Source: Ascidiella aspersa (Eukaryota). Taken from it: DNA of 64,000 nt. The notes under the pieces were generated by a model. That model saw nothing but the letters and a program-made list of their open reading frames with translations. It searched no databases and was not told the DNA's origin. This document shows, in pieces, positions 1 through 12,700 of this stretch; positions within the stretch are counted from its first letter, which is position 1; each line of letters starts with the position of its first letter. Made by a program: the position numbers and the translations under genes. The stretch covers positions 23,870,001 to 23,934,000 of the forward strand of contig OZ004612.1 in assembly GCA_963924565.1 (NCBI GenBank), read 5' to 3'.

Positions 1-195
1 AATTTGTGTTTGCTTTGTGAGTACAATTTTAATTGTTCTATTTTTTTTATTCTAAATAGACCTAAAAATAAATTGCTGAAGGTTGTAATATATTGTTTGA
101 TGCTGTTTAGAATTTATGAGAATAGTAATATATTTTATGTAAGTTCTGTAAAAAAATATCCAATAAATTAAATCTATGTTTTCCTCCATTTTTAG

Positions 196-3100
196 ATATT
201 TTACGTTTACTTTGAAAGAGCTCTTTCTTGTAATGCGAAATATCATTGAGAAAGAAGAAAGTAGTCGAGATGAAAATGATAGTGAAGTGGAACCTGAAAC
301 AGTTTCACTTGCAGCACCTCCTCTTGCATGCTGCTTTTTTCTCTGCTGTCCAAGGGTTTCAATGGGAAGGTTGTTAATAAATATTTTTTTTATTTCTTTA
401 ATTTTAAATTATTTTTAAGGCAACATAATACTTTACAAACACTGGACATAAATCATAAAATTTTGCTGGTGTGCTTTGGGTATTTATTTTTATGAATATT
501 TTTTCTTTGTTTAGTCACTTGGGGTAAAAAAACAATGCCATCATACCTAAACTATTTTTTTACTAATTTCTTTATCAGCTAATTTTTTTTTCCTAGCCTC
601 ACCAATAAGCCATCAACCATCTTCATTTTTTTTTCTGAGTAGAGTTATGCTGGTTTAAACAACAGTTGTTAAATTTGTATATTACAAACACTTGCAAGCC
701 TATCAGAAATCTTTGTGTAATTCTTATACAACCAAGTTTGAGGAAATGGCCTTGTGTTGTGTCATAACCAGTGTTTTTTTAAGGTGTTTTGGTGGACCGA
801 AACGGTCCCCCAAATTTCTCTAGCGGTTTCCCAAATTTTGGACTTGCAACTTTTTGGTATTTAAATGATACACTTGCGGTCTCTTAAAACTACTTAAAAA
901 AACTTTTTTTCAAAAAAAAACAAAAAAAATCTTTTTTTTCAAAAAAAAAAACAAAAAAAAACTTTTTTTCAAAAAAAAAAAACCTGGTCATAACATTAAT
1001 TTATTAACAAAAAATACCTTACTTTGCTAGCTGTTTTATGCTTTCAGGTATTTTGTTAATGTTTTTTTTTATCCGAATAGATTCTATAGGAATGGGGTAA
1101 AAAAGCAATGTTTTTTGTTACTCCAATGTATTTTTTTTACCCCATATGTTAATTTTGTAATCTTTAGGTTTATAAAGTGAACTAAATAAAAAAAAAGCTT
1201 TATATTGAGGATTGTTAGTAGACTTTGAGATAAAAAATACTAAGGTAGACTCCTAACAGGCTTGTACGTAAAATACCCAAACTTCTGCAATTCGGGGTAC
1301 CATAATTTAATCATAAATGTTCTTTAATGTACACTTGTATTTTTCCCTGGCATTGTTTTTTTGACCCTTCTCCAGGGTAAAGAAAAACAACAAATTTTGA
1401 AAAATATTTTTTTGTATAATAAAATTAAAAATCCTTTATGTGATTAGAAAGGTAGACCCATTAGCTCAATTAAAATAAAAAATTACACTTGTTGCTAAAG
1501 ACAAAAGTTAGACAGACAAGGTAGCTAAACTCGTTTTTATGTACCCGACTTGACTATAGTGTACAAACTCATATCCTGGTTGCTTAAATAGTCTAACTCA
1601 ATGGTTCCCAATGCATGGGTCGTGACCCAAAGTTGGGTCGTCTGAATAATTTTTTGGGTCGCTTGTGTTTAGGCATAACATTTCTTGGACGAAAAAATAA
1701 CGATAAAAGAATTAAAACATGAAGAGATTTTAAAACTGGAAATTTAAATATAAGTCACGAAGCGTTTTATGTCGAGACATCGGAAAGCTTTGTAGCACGT
1801 TCGTAGTGCAATAACATTTAACAGTTCCTTTTAATTATTGTTATTATAATATTAATATTGTTATTGCTGAGTGACCTATATTTCAATTAATTATAAGGCT
1901 TACGAAAAAATACAAAACGATCATACAATAAAGCTGGTAGTTAAAGCCAACATGCGGCTATATCCCAAACACTCATTGACAGCAAGCGAGCACAGCTATC
2001 TCATTAGTGATTTAATAAATATATTATTTTCGGAAAAAGTTACTGCTTTTGTAGTTCAGTTTGTTTGTAACGCAATCTTGTATGGCTTTTAAAATATATT
2101 ACGACAATTTGCTTGGGTCGCAAGACTTTACCGAACTGAATTTTTCTTATAAAATTAGTCGCCTTAAAAACGTGTTGGAAACCACTGGTCTAACTGATGA
2201 AAATAAAAGGGTGAAAAAGAGAGAACATCAAATGTTTAAATTTTGTGTGTAAACTAATACAAAGTTAAATATTTTTTGTTCCATAGTGTTTTGTTGCGAA
2301 ATAATAAATGCTGAAAGTTTTCTTTAGGGTCATCTTTTCTATTTTTGTGAAAGAACTTTACACACCGAAAAACCAAATGTCACATGCTTAAACATATGTT
2401 AAGGCTACATTTTTACAGCTTACAAACACTTTTAATGAAGCCAAATACACCCTTTCACCCTGGGTATTTCACTTGTGATTTAATGATTATCTCTGTTAAT
2501 GATTAATTAGCTATTGCTATTTCAAGTAATTGTATGTGGGTTTTGGAATTACAGCAAGACCTCCAGTAACTGTTTATGTTTTATTTGTTGTTCCAGAAAA
2601 TTTGAAAGAATGATATGCATAGGAGTGCACCAAGCCATTATACTGAGACCAATTTTGATTTTTATTCAAGCGATGTTTTGGACAAACGGATTGTTTGGAT
2701 TTGATTCGGTTCAGTTTTTTATTATTTAAAAATAAATTAAAAATCACCGGAATTCTGTAAACTAAAATATCAACTTTAATTGTTGTGTAGGATTTTTAGA
2801 GTATTATGTTATTAGTTATAAATATAGCTTATAATTTAGGAAGACTTCACAGTTTGGAATCTTAAAAAATCCTCACACCCCTAGACCTAGTTGAGCGTTC
2901 CCGCTTTAGAAGCACAACTGCAAAATACTGCCCGAAAAAAAGGGGTGCTTTTAAGAACATGTTATATAGAGTAACAAAAAAAATGGTACCTTCTACTCTA
3001 TGGGCTTTGATATTCTTAAGTACTATGTTGTATTAAACGATATTAATATGAATTGTTCGAAGTGCTTGCGTTATTAGCCTGCGGGTTCACTGACGTCTTA

Positions 3101-4550
3101 TTTGTTCTTTTTTTGTCAATAGTCCAAATACAATGTTATGCGACATATTGTTGGATGAGATTTTAAGACATATTAACACTATAAGTTTATGTTGTTAGTT
3201 ATAAAAGTCAACTTATTTGCAGGAGAATGCTGGTATTGTGGTTTTGGAAGTCATCAACTCAATGTGTGTTTTGGTTTCTATGTACTTCATGGTGATGCAA
3301 TATAGGGGTAACATTAAAATCTTGAAGCCTCATTACATGAGAGTCAAGCTTGTTTGCATTCCGGTGTGTAAAAGTTTTGTCAATAAAAATTGGTTAGCTA
3401 TGAGTTGTTTTAAAGCTAAATAACGTTTTCATGTATATTGTACAAAGCAGTTATTTACTGTATGATTCTCTAGGCCAGTTGTCTCCAACCTATGGGTCTC
3501 CTAAAATTGTTTTGCGGTTGCCCAATCACTCACCATATTTTTGCTTTTTTTTATTTATGTATTTCGTTTTCTTAACAGTGATGTCACACTAATAAACGTG
3601 ACTGAGTACATAGCAAAGATAGGCTTTTGCTTCTACATAAAATAGGTGTTTTTAGCTCTTAAGAGATCCTAGGTTACAAAGATTTCAGCCAATATTTACT
3701 TTTGGACTTCAATTAACTTACCAGACTCAATTTTGTGAGTGAACTACTCTTTCCTTTTGTAACCACATGGCCATGTTTAGCAAAATTCATGTGCAAATTT
3801 TTCAGATTTCATTTTATTTAAATTGAGGTCACTTATTAAAAAGGTTGGAGACCAGTGCTCTAGGAAAAATTTAGTTTGATTTGTTTATGTTGAGATGGAT
3901 GCCCAATGTTGGTGGATTCCTTTTGATATAGACTTTCAAATAATAATCAGACTTCAAATATAAACTAGGATCAAAAGTTCTATATGTTAAATAAGTATTC
4001 CTGCACCCCAATGGGGTTTAAATTGGCATATATTGTACTGTACAGGTGATTATGATAGTAGTTACTCTTCAATCCGCTATTATGAGAGAATTGGCTTCAA
4101 GAGGAGTTATTTCCTGTTCTCACCCTTTTAATGCTTATGTAAATGCATCAGGTAAACCCATATATTAAAAAGTAGTATGTTGTTATTTTTTGATAGGATT
4201 AGCTGTTTGGTTAAATAAGTATGATTTAAGGTAGTTTCACTCTGATTGATAAAAAACGATGGTTTAAAAAAGTCATTTTACCCGACATTTATTTTACTTG
4301 TAGAACAGTATTTGTTATGACATTGGTTCATTCTTTGTTAAATTTTGATTCAAACTTACTACAAGGTGATGTGTTTATTAACTTTAATGATTATGTTGTT
4401 TTCAATTTAGCTCTGCATCATTTTCTTGCACTGATTGAGATGCCTCTAATTTTACTTTTTTCAAGTACTATTTGTCACAAACCACGTTATACAGTTCCTA
4501 ATGAGGATGAAACCAAGCCTTTGCTTAACCACGAGCCAACGTTTGGTTAA
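196..4550 (+). CDS. SLC51A: Organic solute transporter alpha-like (OSTalpha/SLC51A family), 3' part; 5 exons 196-369, 2597-2708, 3223-3363, 4046-4151, 4411-4550; 5' exons lie outside the window
   Basis: All introns are GT-AG with consistent phases (2,0,0,1). The spliced peptide contains the Cys-rich loop PPLACCFFLCCP, then GVHQAIILRP, KLVCIPVIMIVVTLQSAIMRELASRGVISCSHPF and LHHFLALIEMPL. These parallel recalled OSTalpha motifs (PCCCCCPCCP; GPFQYAFLK; KFALFQVLLILTALQPSIF..GQIACSPP; MNCHLLILET). Stop TAA at 4548-4550. Confidence 0.85.
769..986. mobile_element. Short MITE (hAT-type, 8-bp TSD) with internal A/T-tract tandem repeats
   Basis: CAGTGTTTTTTT...AAAAAAAACCTG termini flanked by a perfect GTCATAAC duplication (761-768, 987-994). 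Confidence 0.7.
1599..2187. mobile_element. hAT-type MITE
   Basis: TIRs CAATGGTTCCCAA / TTGGAAACCACTG, subterminal GGGTCG motifs, perfect 8-bp TSD GTCTAACT (1591-1598, 2188-2195). Confidence 0.85.
3476..3857. mobile_element. hAT-type MITE
   Basis: TIRs CAGTTGTCTCCAACCT / AGGTTGGAGACCAGTG; TSD CTCTAGGC / CTCTAGGA (7/8). Confidence 0.75.
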
Positions 4551-6775
4551 CCACAAAATATTATAAAAATATCTTTATTAGTGTGGTGGTACACGTATGA
4601 CTTGCATTCCGTAAAACATTGTACTTATACACTTCAAAATGTAGCAACTCACTATTAACTAGCTTTTTCATATTACATGTTGTTTACGTTTTTGTTGTGA
4701 TTTTAATGTACGTCAGTGTTGATTTAATGAAGTTCCTTATTGAATTTTATTTTTTTTTAGGTTCTTACGTGCCTTAACTTTATGAAGTTTCTTAATGAAT
4801 TTTATTGTATTTTAAGTTCTTATTTGCCTTAACTGTAATAGTTATTTAGTTTTGGTTCAGATGAATAATCATTGTAGTTCTTGTGTTTAAAATTTTGTTC
4901 CATGATTTAATAATACTTTTTTTTAATCTGTTGTGCTATAATTTTAATATATATAGTTATATACGCTTTTTAGCTGAATTTTATGTTAAAATCAACTTGC
5001 TAACAAAAAAGCTGTTGTCTGCGTTTGTAAACAGGTAAAAAATACGAAGTTTAGTTCTGTTTACTAATTCCTGATTATTAAACAAACATCCGGTGAAAAT
5101 GCTAAATTTGCTACTTTGTTTTACTTACTATGCAGTAATACAGTTCTTAAAATTTGGTTTAAATTTGTCTATGTATTTGTATATTACAGGACTGAGTCGT
5201 CTTTAAAAGTAACTCATTACTCATCATTTGGAAAATCTAACAGTAAAACAAAAAAATGGTTTCTAGGGGAAATTATAATTAAGCATGATAGAGTTCTAAA
5301 ATGGATGTTCAAAAATCTAGATCTTGGGCAATGGAGCATCAGGCCATGCTAAAAACCATATTTTCTAACATGTTAAAACAACGAAAAATTGCGCTTATGT
5401 TATTCTGTCGTAAGACCAATGTTAATTCTAATAGGATGCGGAGCACTAACCTTTCCTAATGTCTAATTGCGTCTTCGATTTTATGACATGTTTTATTTTT
5501 TCAGTTAACATGTTTCTTATTGGTTTACCGTCCGTTTGAACGCAAAATCAAACATTGAACATATTTTATTGATGCAATTTTGCATTCAGTTTGACACTTT
5601 ATAATAAAAAAAATGAAATAACACCCTTTAAAGACGTACATACCATATTGAACAACAATCACCAGGTCAAAATAACCATAGTCATAAGGGTTATAAAGAC
5701 GTGTGGGCTCTATGAGAATAAACGACTAAATTATTAGCGAGCGAAACTGTGATATCTTACTATCAGCTTGGCACACACAAGGTACGAATAAATAAAGGTA
5801 ATATAGTACGATATTTCATTTAAATATATACGGCTAAATATACAACTGTTAGTTGTGTAATTGGATGTAGCCTACTATCGTACAAGCAGCACAGTGAATA
5901 ATGATCAACAAAATAGCAGAGGATCGAATTCGGGAATTTAGGTAAATTAACAGTCAGCGTAGCAGGTATTACAGTAGCAAACAACAAGTAAGGAAAATAA
6001 GGATTTGTGTAATAACTTTCACAGGCAAGTAAAAAATGTGCGCTTCACAATGATCATTTTAAGTCACATAACATTCGGTCAGAACAACCGTCGTATATAG
6101 ATACAAATTTAGTTTAACTGAAGCAATTCTTGTTGAAAATATTAATAAAAGCGTTTTTTTTTACCTAAACCAAGATTTTTTTATATTCAGACTGTCCTGA
6201 AAATATTGGCATTATTAATACAAATTAATACCGCGGTTGTAATCCAGAGTGCGATAGTTAACATTTTTTAAACGTACAGATAGTTGCATCATTTAGGTTA
6301 CTATCACGTGTTTTCAAATATAAAACAGCGATGAAAACCGTGTAAACTGTCACTGTCAGACCATAGTTACATCTTGCGTTAAAAAAATGTTAACTGAAAT
6401 AATTTGGCGTACTTTGTTCGACTTAATCACAATCCAGAAAGTAATTTTCGTTTTAAATTTTAATGTAATTTGTTACAAAGATTTTTTCAAGATGTTGGAC
6501 AAAGCTATCGCTTTCAAGTAGCCTTTAACACTGAGCAATCGGTGATTTTTTGAGTGAAGTTGATAAACTAAATAAAAGTTATCGCGATAGTCTTTTTGAA
6601 TTTAAAAAAATGTGCGAAAATTACCAAATCGCATCATAAGCGAAACAAGGATTTTTTCTCGCAAATGTTCAAAAAATGCCGAGTCGCATCATAAGCGAAA
6701 AAAGTTTAAACGTGTTTTACATTCGGCGACTGTATATCACTTTGAATAGCAATCACACCAGGTTCACACTTCGCT

Positions 6776-9700
6776 CTATTCCTGAAACTCGTCTCTCGAG
6801 CTGTTTCCGCTTGCTTCCATTAGAGACCTGGCCGACTTTTGCGCCATGACGGCCAGCTTTTTGCGAAGAACCGTCACCAATCGATCAAGCCTGTAGATAG
6901 ATAAAAAAATTGCTCCGCTATTTAATTTCCAAATGGTAGTATCAGTGAGCTCTAGGCTTATGGATTAAATGTGAAACATCCGTTGGGTATAAACCAGGGT
7001 TGTTTTCCTTAGGGGTAGATGAACTAGTTTTAGGGGTTTCATAAAGGTCTAATTGAAATATTAGTGCAAATTTAAGAAGTAATCAATTTTTCGAAAACAG
7101 TTTAATAAAAATAAAACGGTTTTGCACTGAATGCATTAAGACTCATTTTTGGACAGAAATCAACAGATTTATAGTCTATTTGTATTGTGACGTAAATTTC
7201 TGACGTCATTTTTGAATTTTTGAGCACACCGTGATCCGTGGCGAGGCAAAAAAAAAATTTTAGGGGTCGGCGGTTAAAAAAGTTTAAGAACCCTAGTATA
7301 AACAATACCTACACAAATGACAAGTGTTAGCCTATGTATACCCATAGATAGATCTAAAAACTCACAGTCGTAAAAGAGTTTAATACGTTGAATTCTATTT
7401 TTTTAGTTATAACTTGAAAAAAGCATTGCCATCAATTAAAAAAAACGACAACTTCGACTTATTAGAGTGGTGTGAATGAAGGTCGCGTTACATTTTCAGA
7501 AATATAGTTAACCAACGACGTGATATTCGCTTAATATAATCTGGCCCGAGCATTAAACAAATATTTCCTTCATTGTCATATAATCTTGCACGGAATGTGT
7601 GATATTTAAAATCGCCTGGACCTATGCAAAACAAATGTCGACCTTAACTCCTGATAGGTCAAAGGTGAGACACTATATAAAGAATGGGCAAAAAATATAT
7701 ACATGAATATTTCTCCGGCAAAGGTTTTTAAATGAATCGTGCTATATAAATTATTCATTTGAATTAAGGACCTCAATTCTAGAATTGCTAGACCATCCTG
7801 CTGTTCTAAACCGTCAGAAATCTACTTCTGGAATGTTTATTTTCATGGAAATTGAAACATTCATTAAACACATTACTATATTTTGTGATCTAACTCTCTT
7901 CAACCTTCTAAGAGTCCTATTGACAATGATGACTAGTACATGAAACCGGGGGCAACGGTGTCATGTTTGGTTTTCGACCAGCTCCCACTAAGCCTTTTTA
8001 GCTCAGTTGGTATAGCGACGGCCCCGGTATGGCCAAGGTAGTGAGTTCGAACCTCACCTTAAGCTAGTGCACAACAATCCTAAATAGGCCGTTTTCGGTA
8101 AGGCAACATAAAATTTTATCTTCATTTGGATTTTTACACTGATGATGGCATGAGGTATTTGCTTCGCAGTTTATGTCTGTAAACTGCGAAATGTCAATTT
8201 TATCGAACATTATGGCTTTGATATTTTTATTAAAATTTGGCACATAATTCAATGTTTTCATGTTTTTTCTTTAAGTGGCCTCATTCGGGAAGCCAAGTCC
8301 GACAATGAAAAAAACTTCCACACTCACAGGTTACTTACCTCTCGTTCTTGGCTCTGAGCTTGTTGGCTTCTGCTTCGTGCCGTTTCGCGTTGGACTCCAG
8401 TAAGTCGTTATGCTGGTGGGCAACCCTCAGGGCCTGGGCCAGTCGGGTAGCGTCGTCGCCCTCCCCTCCGAGCGGCGACTGGCCGAAGGTGCCGAGACGA
8501 CCGCTTTCGACCAGTTGCTTGTGGAAGCTGCGCGATTAAAGTGGCATTTAGGCATGGGCAAGTTCTCCGGCTAATAGGGATTTAAAGGCCTATTATGGAC
8601 TTGGTACTTTACTCCGATGCCGATAACAGATATTTTAGGCAAAAAGTCACAAAACAAAATGACGCCATTACCACGGTAAAATGTAGGAAATTTCTGTGTG
8701 TAAGGAAGCCTGTTTAACTCAGATTTTTATTATAACATTTTCTCATAAATGTAACGATAGATCGCAAAACCTGCCTGTAATGCACAAATTGATTACGTAT
8801 GGAGTATTGGACAAGTACCAATTCTATTGATTGGCATGGGTATCGCCTTTAACCAGATATTATTGAACAAACCAAGACTTAATGTTTTAGGGCTAATATG
8901 ATAAAAGTTAATTATAATTATTAAGACAAAAAAATATCTATATCAAAATTGTTTGTCTTGTTTTTACCTTTCTGATATGTCTTAGCCCGTTTTGAGAAAA
9001 CTTATTAGCCTGAACACGCCGGGCGCCTTATGACTGTTTGCTAACATCTTATTCTAAAGCCTTTGTCGCCCTACCCTTAAATGTACTTATGCTTGAAACC
9101 TATTTTAAGACTTCACGTTTTCACCATGCGCGCCCAAACAAATTACGGGCCCAATCCTACTCAGATCCTAATCCTACTTGAAACAACTTTGAGTTCGACT
9201 GCGGTTGGAAAGACAACAACCAGTGTTCCGAGCCCGACTTAGCCCTGGTAGTGTGAGTAGAAATTCGCTTAAACTTCGCCTATACGCAGTATTGTCAGTG
9301 TGCAACATCTATATCAGTGGTCTTCAACCTTTTTAACAAACGACCCCAATTTGAATAAAATGAACAGAGAATTTACACTGCGACCCCATTTGTGTCATAT
9401 ACGAATAAAAATATTCAATTAATGCTGAAACTAAGTCACGAGCGAATATGCGTAAATTGTACACACTTCCAGAGAACTGTGGTTACGCACGTGCACTAAA
9501 ACGATTGCCTTTAGGAAGTTTTTTTAACAGAAAAATCTAAATTCAACAAACGAACGAACACATAAATTTCAATTTGTTTCAACAGTAAATTGCATTAAAT
9601 GCGATGGTTGCGCCTACCCGCACTATCCGCTAGTTTTTGCAAACGCGGCTCCACTTTGCATAAGAATAATCGCATGTCATGCTTTTTAAACGAAATGAGG

Positions 9701-12700
9701 ATTTCAATAACATAATAGACAGAGTATGGGGTACGTTGATTGCATAACATTGATTTGGCAGAGCTTAAACAGCATTTTTAGTATAAGAAACGAAAGCATG
9801 TCTCACCTACACGTTTGTTAGTGTGACGTCATCGTTAAGAAAACGAAATACATAAATCGTAATAAAACAGTATAGAAATATGATGAGTTATGGCGACCCC
9901 ACAAAAATTTTAGGCGACCCCACTCGGGGTCGCGACCCACATGTTGGAGACCACTGATCTACATTAAATCTAGCTGCGTAAAGGTATGTGTGTAAGTGAA
10001 GAAGAAACAGAGTGATGGCTGGTAAACCAAAAAAATAAACAAAGTGTAGTTGTAACCACACAGTACTTCCGTGTCACCGTGTCAATCGTCACACACCGTT
10101 CGGCTGTAATCGACGTTGTGTCAATTTTCATGTCTATAAGAAGCATTTACAATTTTACCTGTAATAAACGTTTAAAGTCTCCATTTCTTCCCGTGCGGCT
10201 GACAGCTTTTTGAGCGCCGCGTCTCTCTCGTCCTCGGCCGCTTGCAGCTGTGTCTGTCCAAAAAGCGGGCGAGATATAATTTTTTGTCGAACTTCATTAA
10301 AATACAGGGTGGGCCAAAAGTAGGCTTACAGTTATTAAACTTTTTTTAGGTAGTATTGAATGGCCACCACGCTCACCCGAAAGTAACATAAATAACTATG
10401 CAATAAAAACTGTAGTGGGCTTTTAATCAGGGCGTCGGAGGTGGATTTGGGACTCGAAGGAGTCGGTTTGTTTTGCTGGAGTCGGAATCGGGAGTCGAGT
10501 AAGATCACGTAAAACTACCCGAGTCCAGAGTCTTACATGCGCATGTGCAGTGCCATATTGTAGTAAGGCCGTAAACGGTAAGTTGTAAATTGTAAAGGTG
10601 AAATAGCATATGGTGGATATTTTACAACCATGTATTTTGAGTGGATGAATTATATAAAACCACTATAAGTGGATTGCTGAATAACCACCTTATTTAGTTA
10701 CGTATTGGCGGAATACAGGCTGGAGAAGCATAGCCGGACTGTAAATAACTATGCAATAAAAACCGTGTGGGGGCTTTATGAAGTGTCAAACGTCAAAATT
10801 TGCTTTGGCATTGCATCCGACAAAATTTTGTCTTTAATTCATCTTGATTAGGAAAACATGCAGCCGGTCGGTTTAATTAAACACGGCCGGAACTGACCCG
10901 CGAGCAGTAGTTTGGCGACCCCTATAGTTGGTTAAGTGGACAATTGAGGCGCGATCCTACAGAGTTGTACCATTGTAAAACCGTTGGATCGAAATGAAAG
11001 GTTTTAAGCACGGCCGGAACTGACCCGCGAGCAGTGGTTGGCGACCCCTGGTTAGTTAAGTGGACAATCGAGGCGCGATCCTACAGAGTTGTACCATTGT
11101 GAAACCTTTGGATCGAAATGAAAGGTGTGTTCGGTAGTTGCGATGGCTTACCTTAATCGCTCGATTTTCTTGACTTTGAAGTGTATTGTCGTTTCTCGTG
11201 ATGCTCTCCTTTAGGGCCTTGACTTCCCTTCTCAAACTTCGACACTAAAATCAGAGGTTTTCTGTTTTTAATTAAAAACTGGCGAAGCCGCTTTGACGAA
11301 ATATTAACTCCTTCTAACACAAACGTCTGATCAGTATTTACACTTATTTATACCAATTTAAATTGGGGTATTTAGTTTGAAACATGTTGTGCAGCGAATA
11401 AATTTGTTGACGGTAGGCCAAATTCAACTTATATACTCATTTTTTTAAGCAGTCTTTTAAAATCTGTGTTACAGTTATTCTAGGTATATTACACAAGCAA
11501 CTTTAGAATTTAATGCAGAGCAGGTACAATAATATTACATCTGCAAAAAGTAAGATTTCATTTTTTTAACCTAGCATTTAAAATTTGCGGCTAATGCTGG
11601 GAAATGGGATTATCATTGTTGTTTTTTTTACTTTAAAAATAAAATAAAAACGTTTAAAGGTTTTTAGGTTATTATGCAATTTTTTTTTGTCTTTAGTGTT
11701 AAAAAGCTTAGATACTCATTTAACCTAGTATTTTTGATAAATTTACCTTTTAAAGTAAAATCGCAGCGTTTGAAGACAATTCATGGCTTAAATTTACATA
11801 TTATCTACTTGATTTTGGATCGGCACCGATACCACTCTGGTATCGGACGAGTATCGAAGTTGCGAAGTCGGACTCGATGTGCGCATGCGCAATAACAATT
11901 TTCGAAAAAACTGATGAGGTCGAAATTTGTAAAAAGTGGAAAAGCATGTGGTAGAAAATTTTCCAACCACGTACTGTGGGTGGATGAATTATATGACATC
12001 CCTATGAGTGTATTGATATGTATACATCTTGTATTAGTGACGTAACTAGGTTAAATACAGGCTGTAGAGTCGGAGTCGGACTCTGGTTGTTCTTAACTGA
12101 CTCCGCAGCTCTGCTTTAATCTACAGAACACTGTAAAAGTGTACCTACCTTGTACAAGGCGCTATCTCGCTCGCCGATGACCGCCGCCATTTCCTCACAG
12201 GTTATACGATCCCTCTCTTTCTTGAGGGTCGAGATTCGAGAAGCAACCTCCTTGCCGTACTTCTCGGTTGCTCTGCCCGACTCGGCCGAGCAGACCATCT
12301 CCAGTAAGGTCTGGAGACCCTGCCCACGGTAAAGATATTTTTCGGCGGTGATAACGTGGCATTACTGTATAAACCAGGCGTGTCCAACATGAGGCACGCG
12401 TTTGAAATGTGGAACGCGACCTAATAAAAAATGGCACGCAAAAAATACAGCCAATTGTCAAAAAAGCTAAATTTGTTATACAGCCAATTGTCATTGTTTA
12501 TTCACAATTGAAACAATCGCGGTAATTACGACAACTAACAATTACTTCTGATATTATAACATTATACTGTTTTTATTTTTTGCATAAAAGCGCTTTTAAT
12601 ATTAGAAAAAAAAATAGTTGTTAAACCTTGGCACGGGAAGAAGTTATAAGATAAAAATTGGCACGTCGGCATGTTTGAGTTGGACACCCCTGGTATGAAC

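Noticed and set aside
7992-8064. Functional tRNA-Thr(GGT) gene
   Set aside because: Acceptor stem largely unpaired, no U33, no oligo-T terminator directly downstream
8348-8539. Plus-strand ORFs at 8348, 12150, 17675-18039 and 19637
   Set aside because: Antisense shadows of MIPOL1 exons
10428-12113. One large transposon that captured the MIPOL1 exon at 11152-11244
   Set aside because: The flanks (cttttaat / ctttaatc) are not a clean TSD, and the two ends are better explained as separate direct-orientation copies of one repeat family
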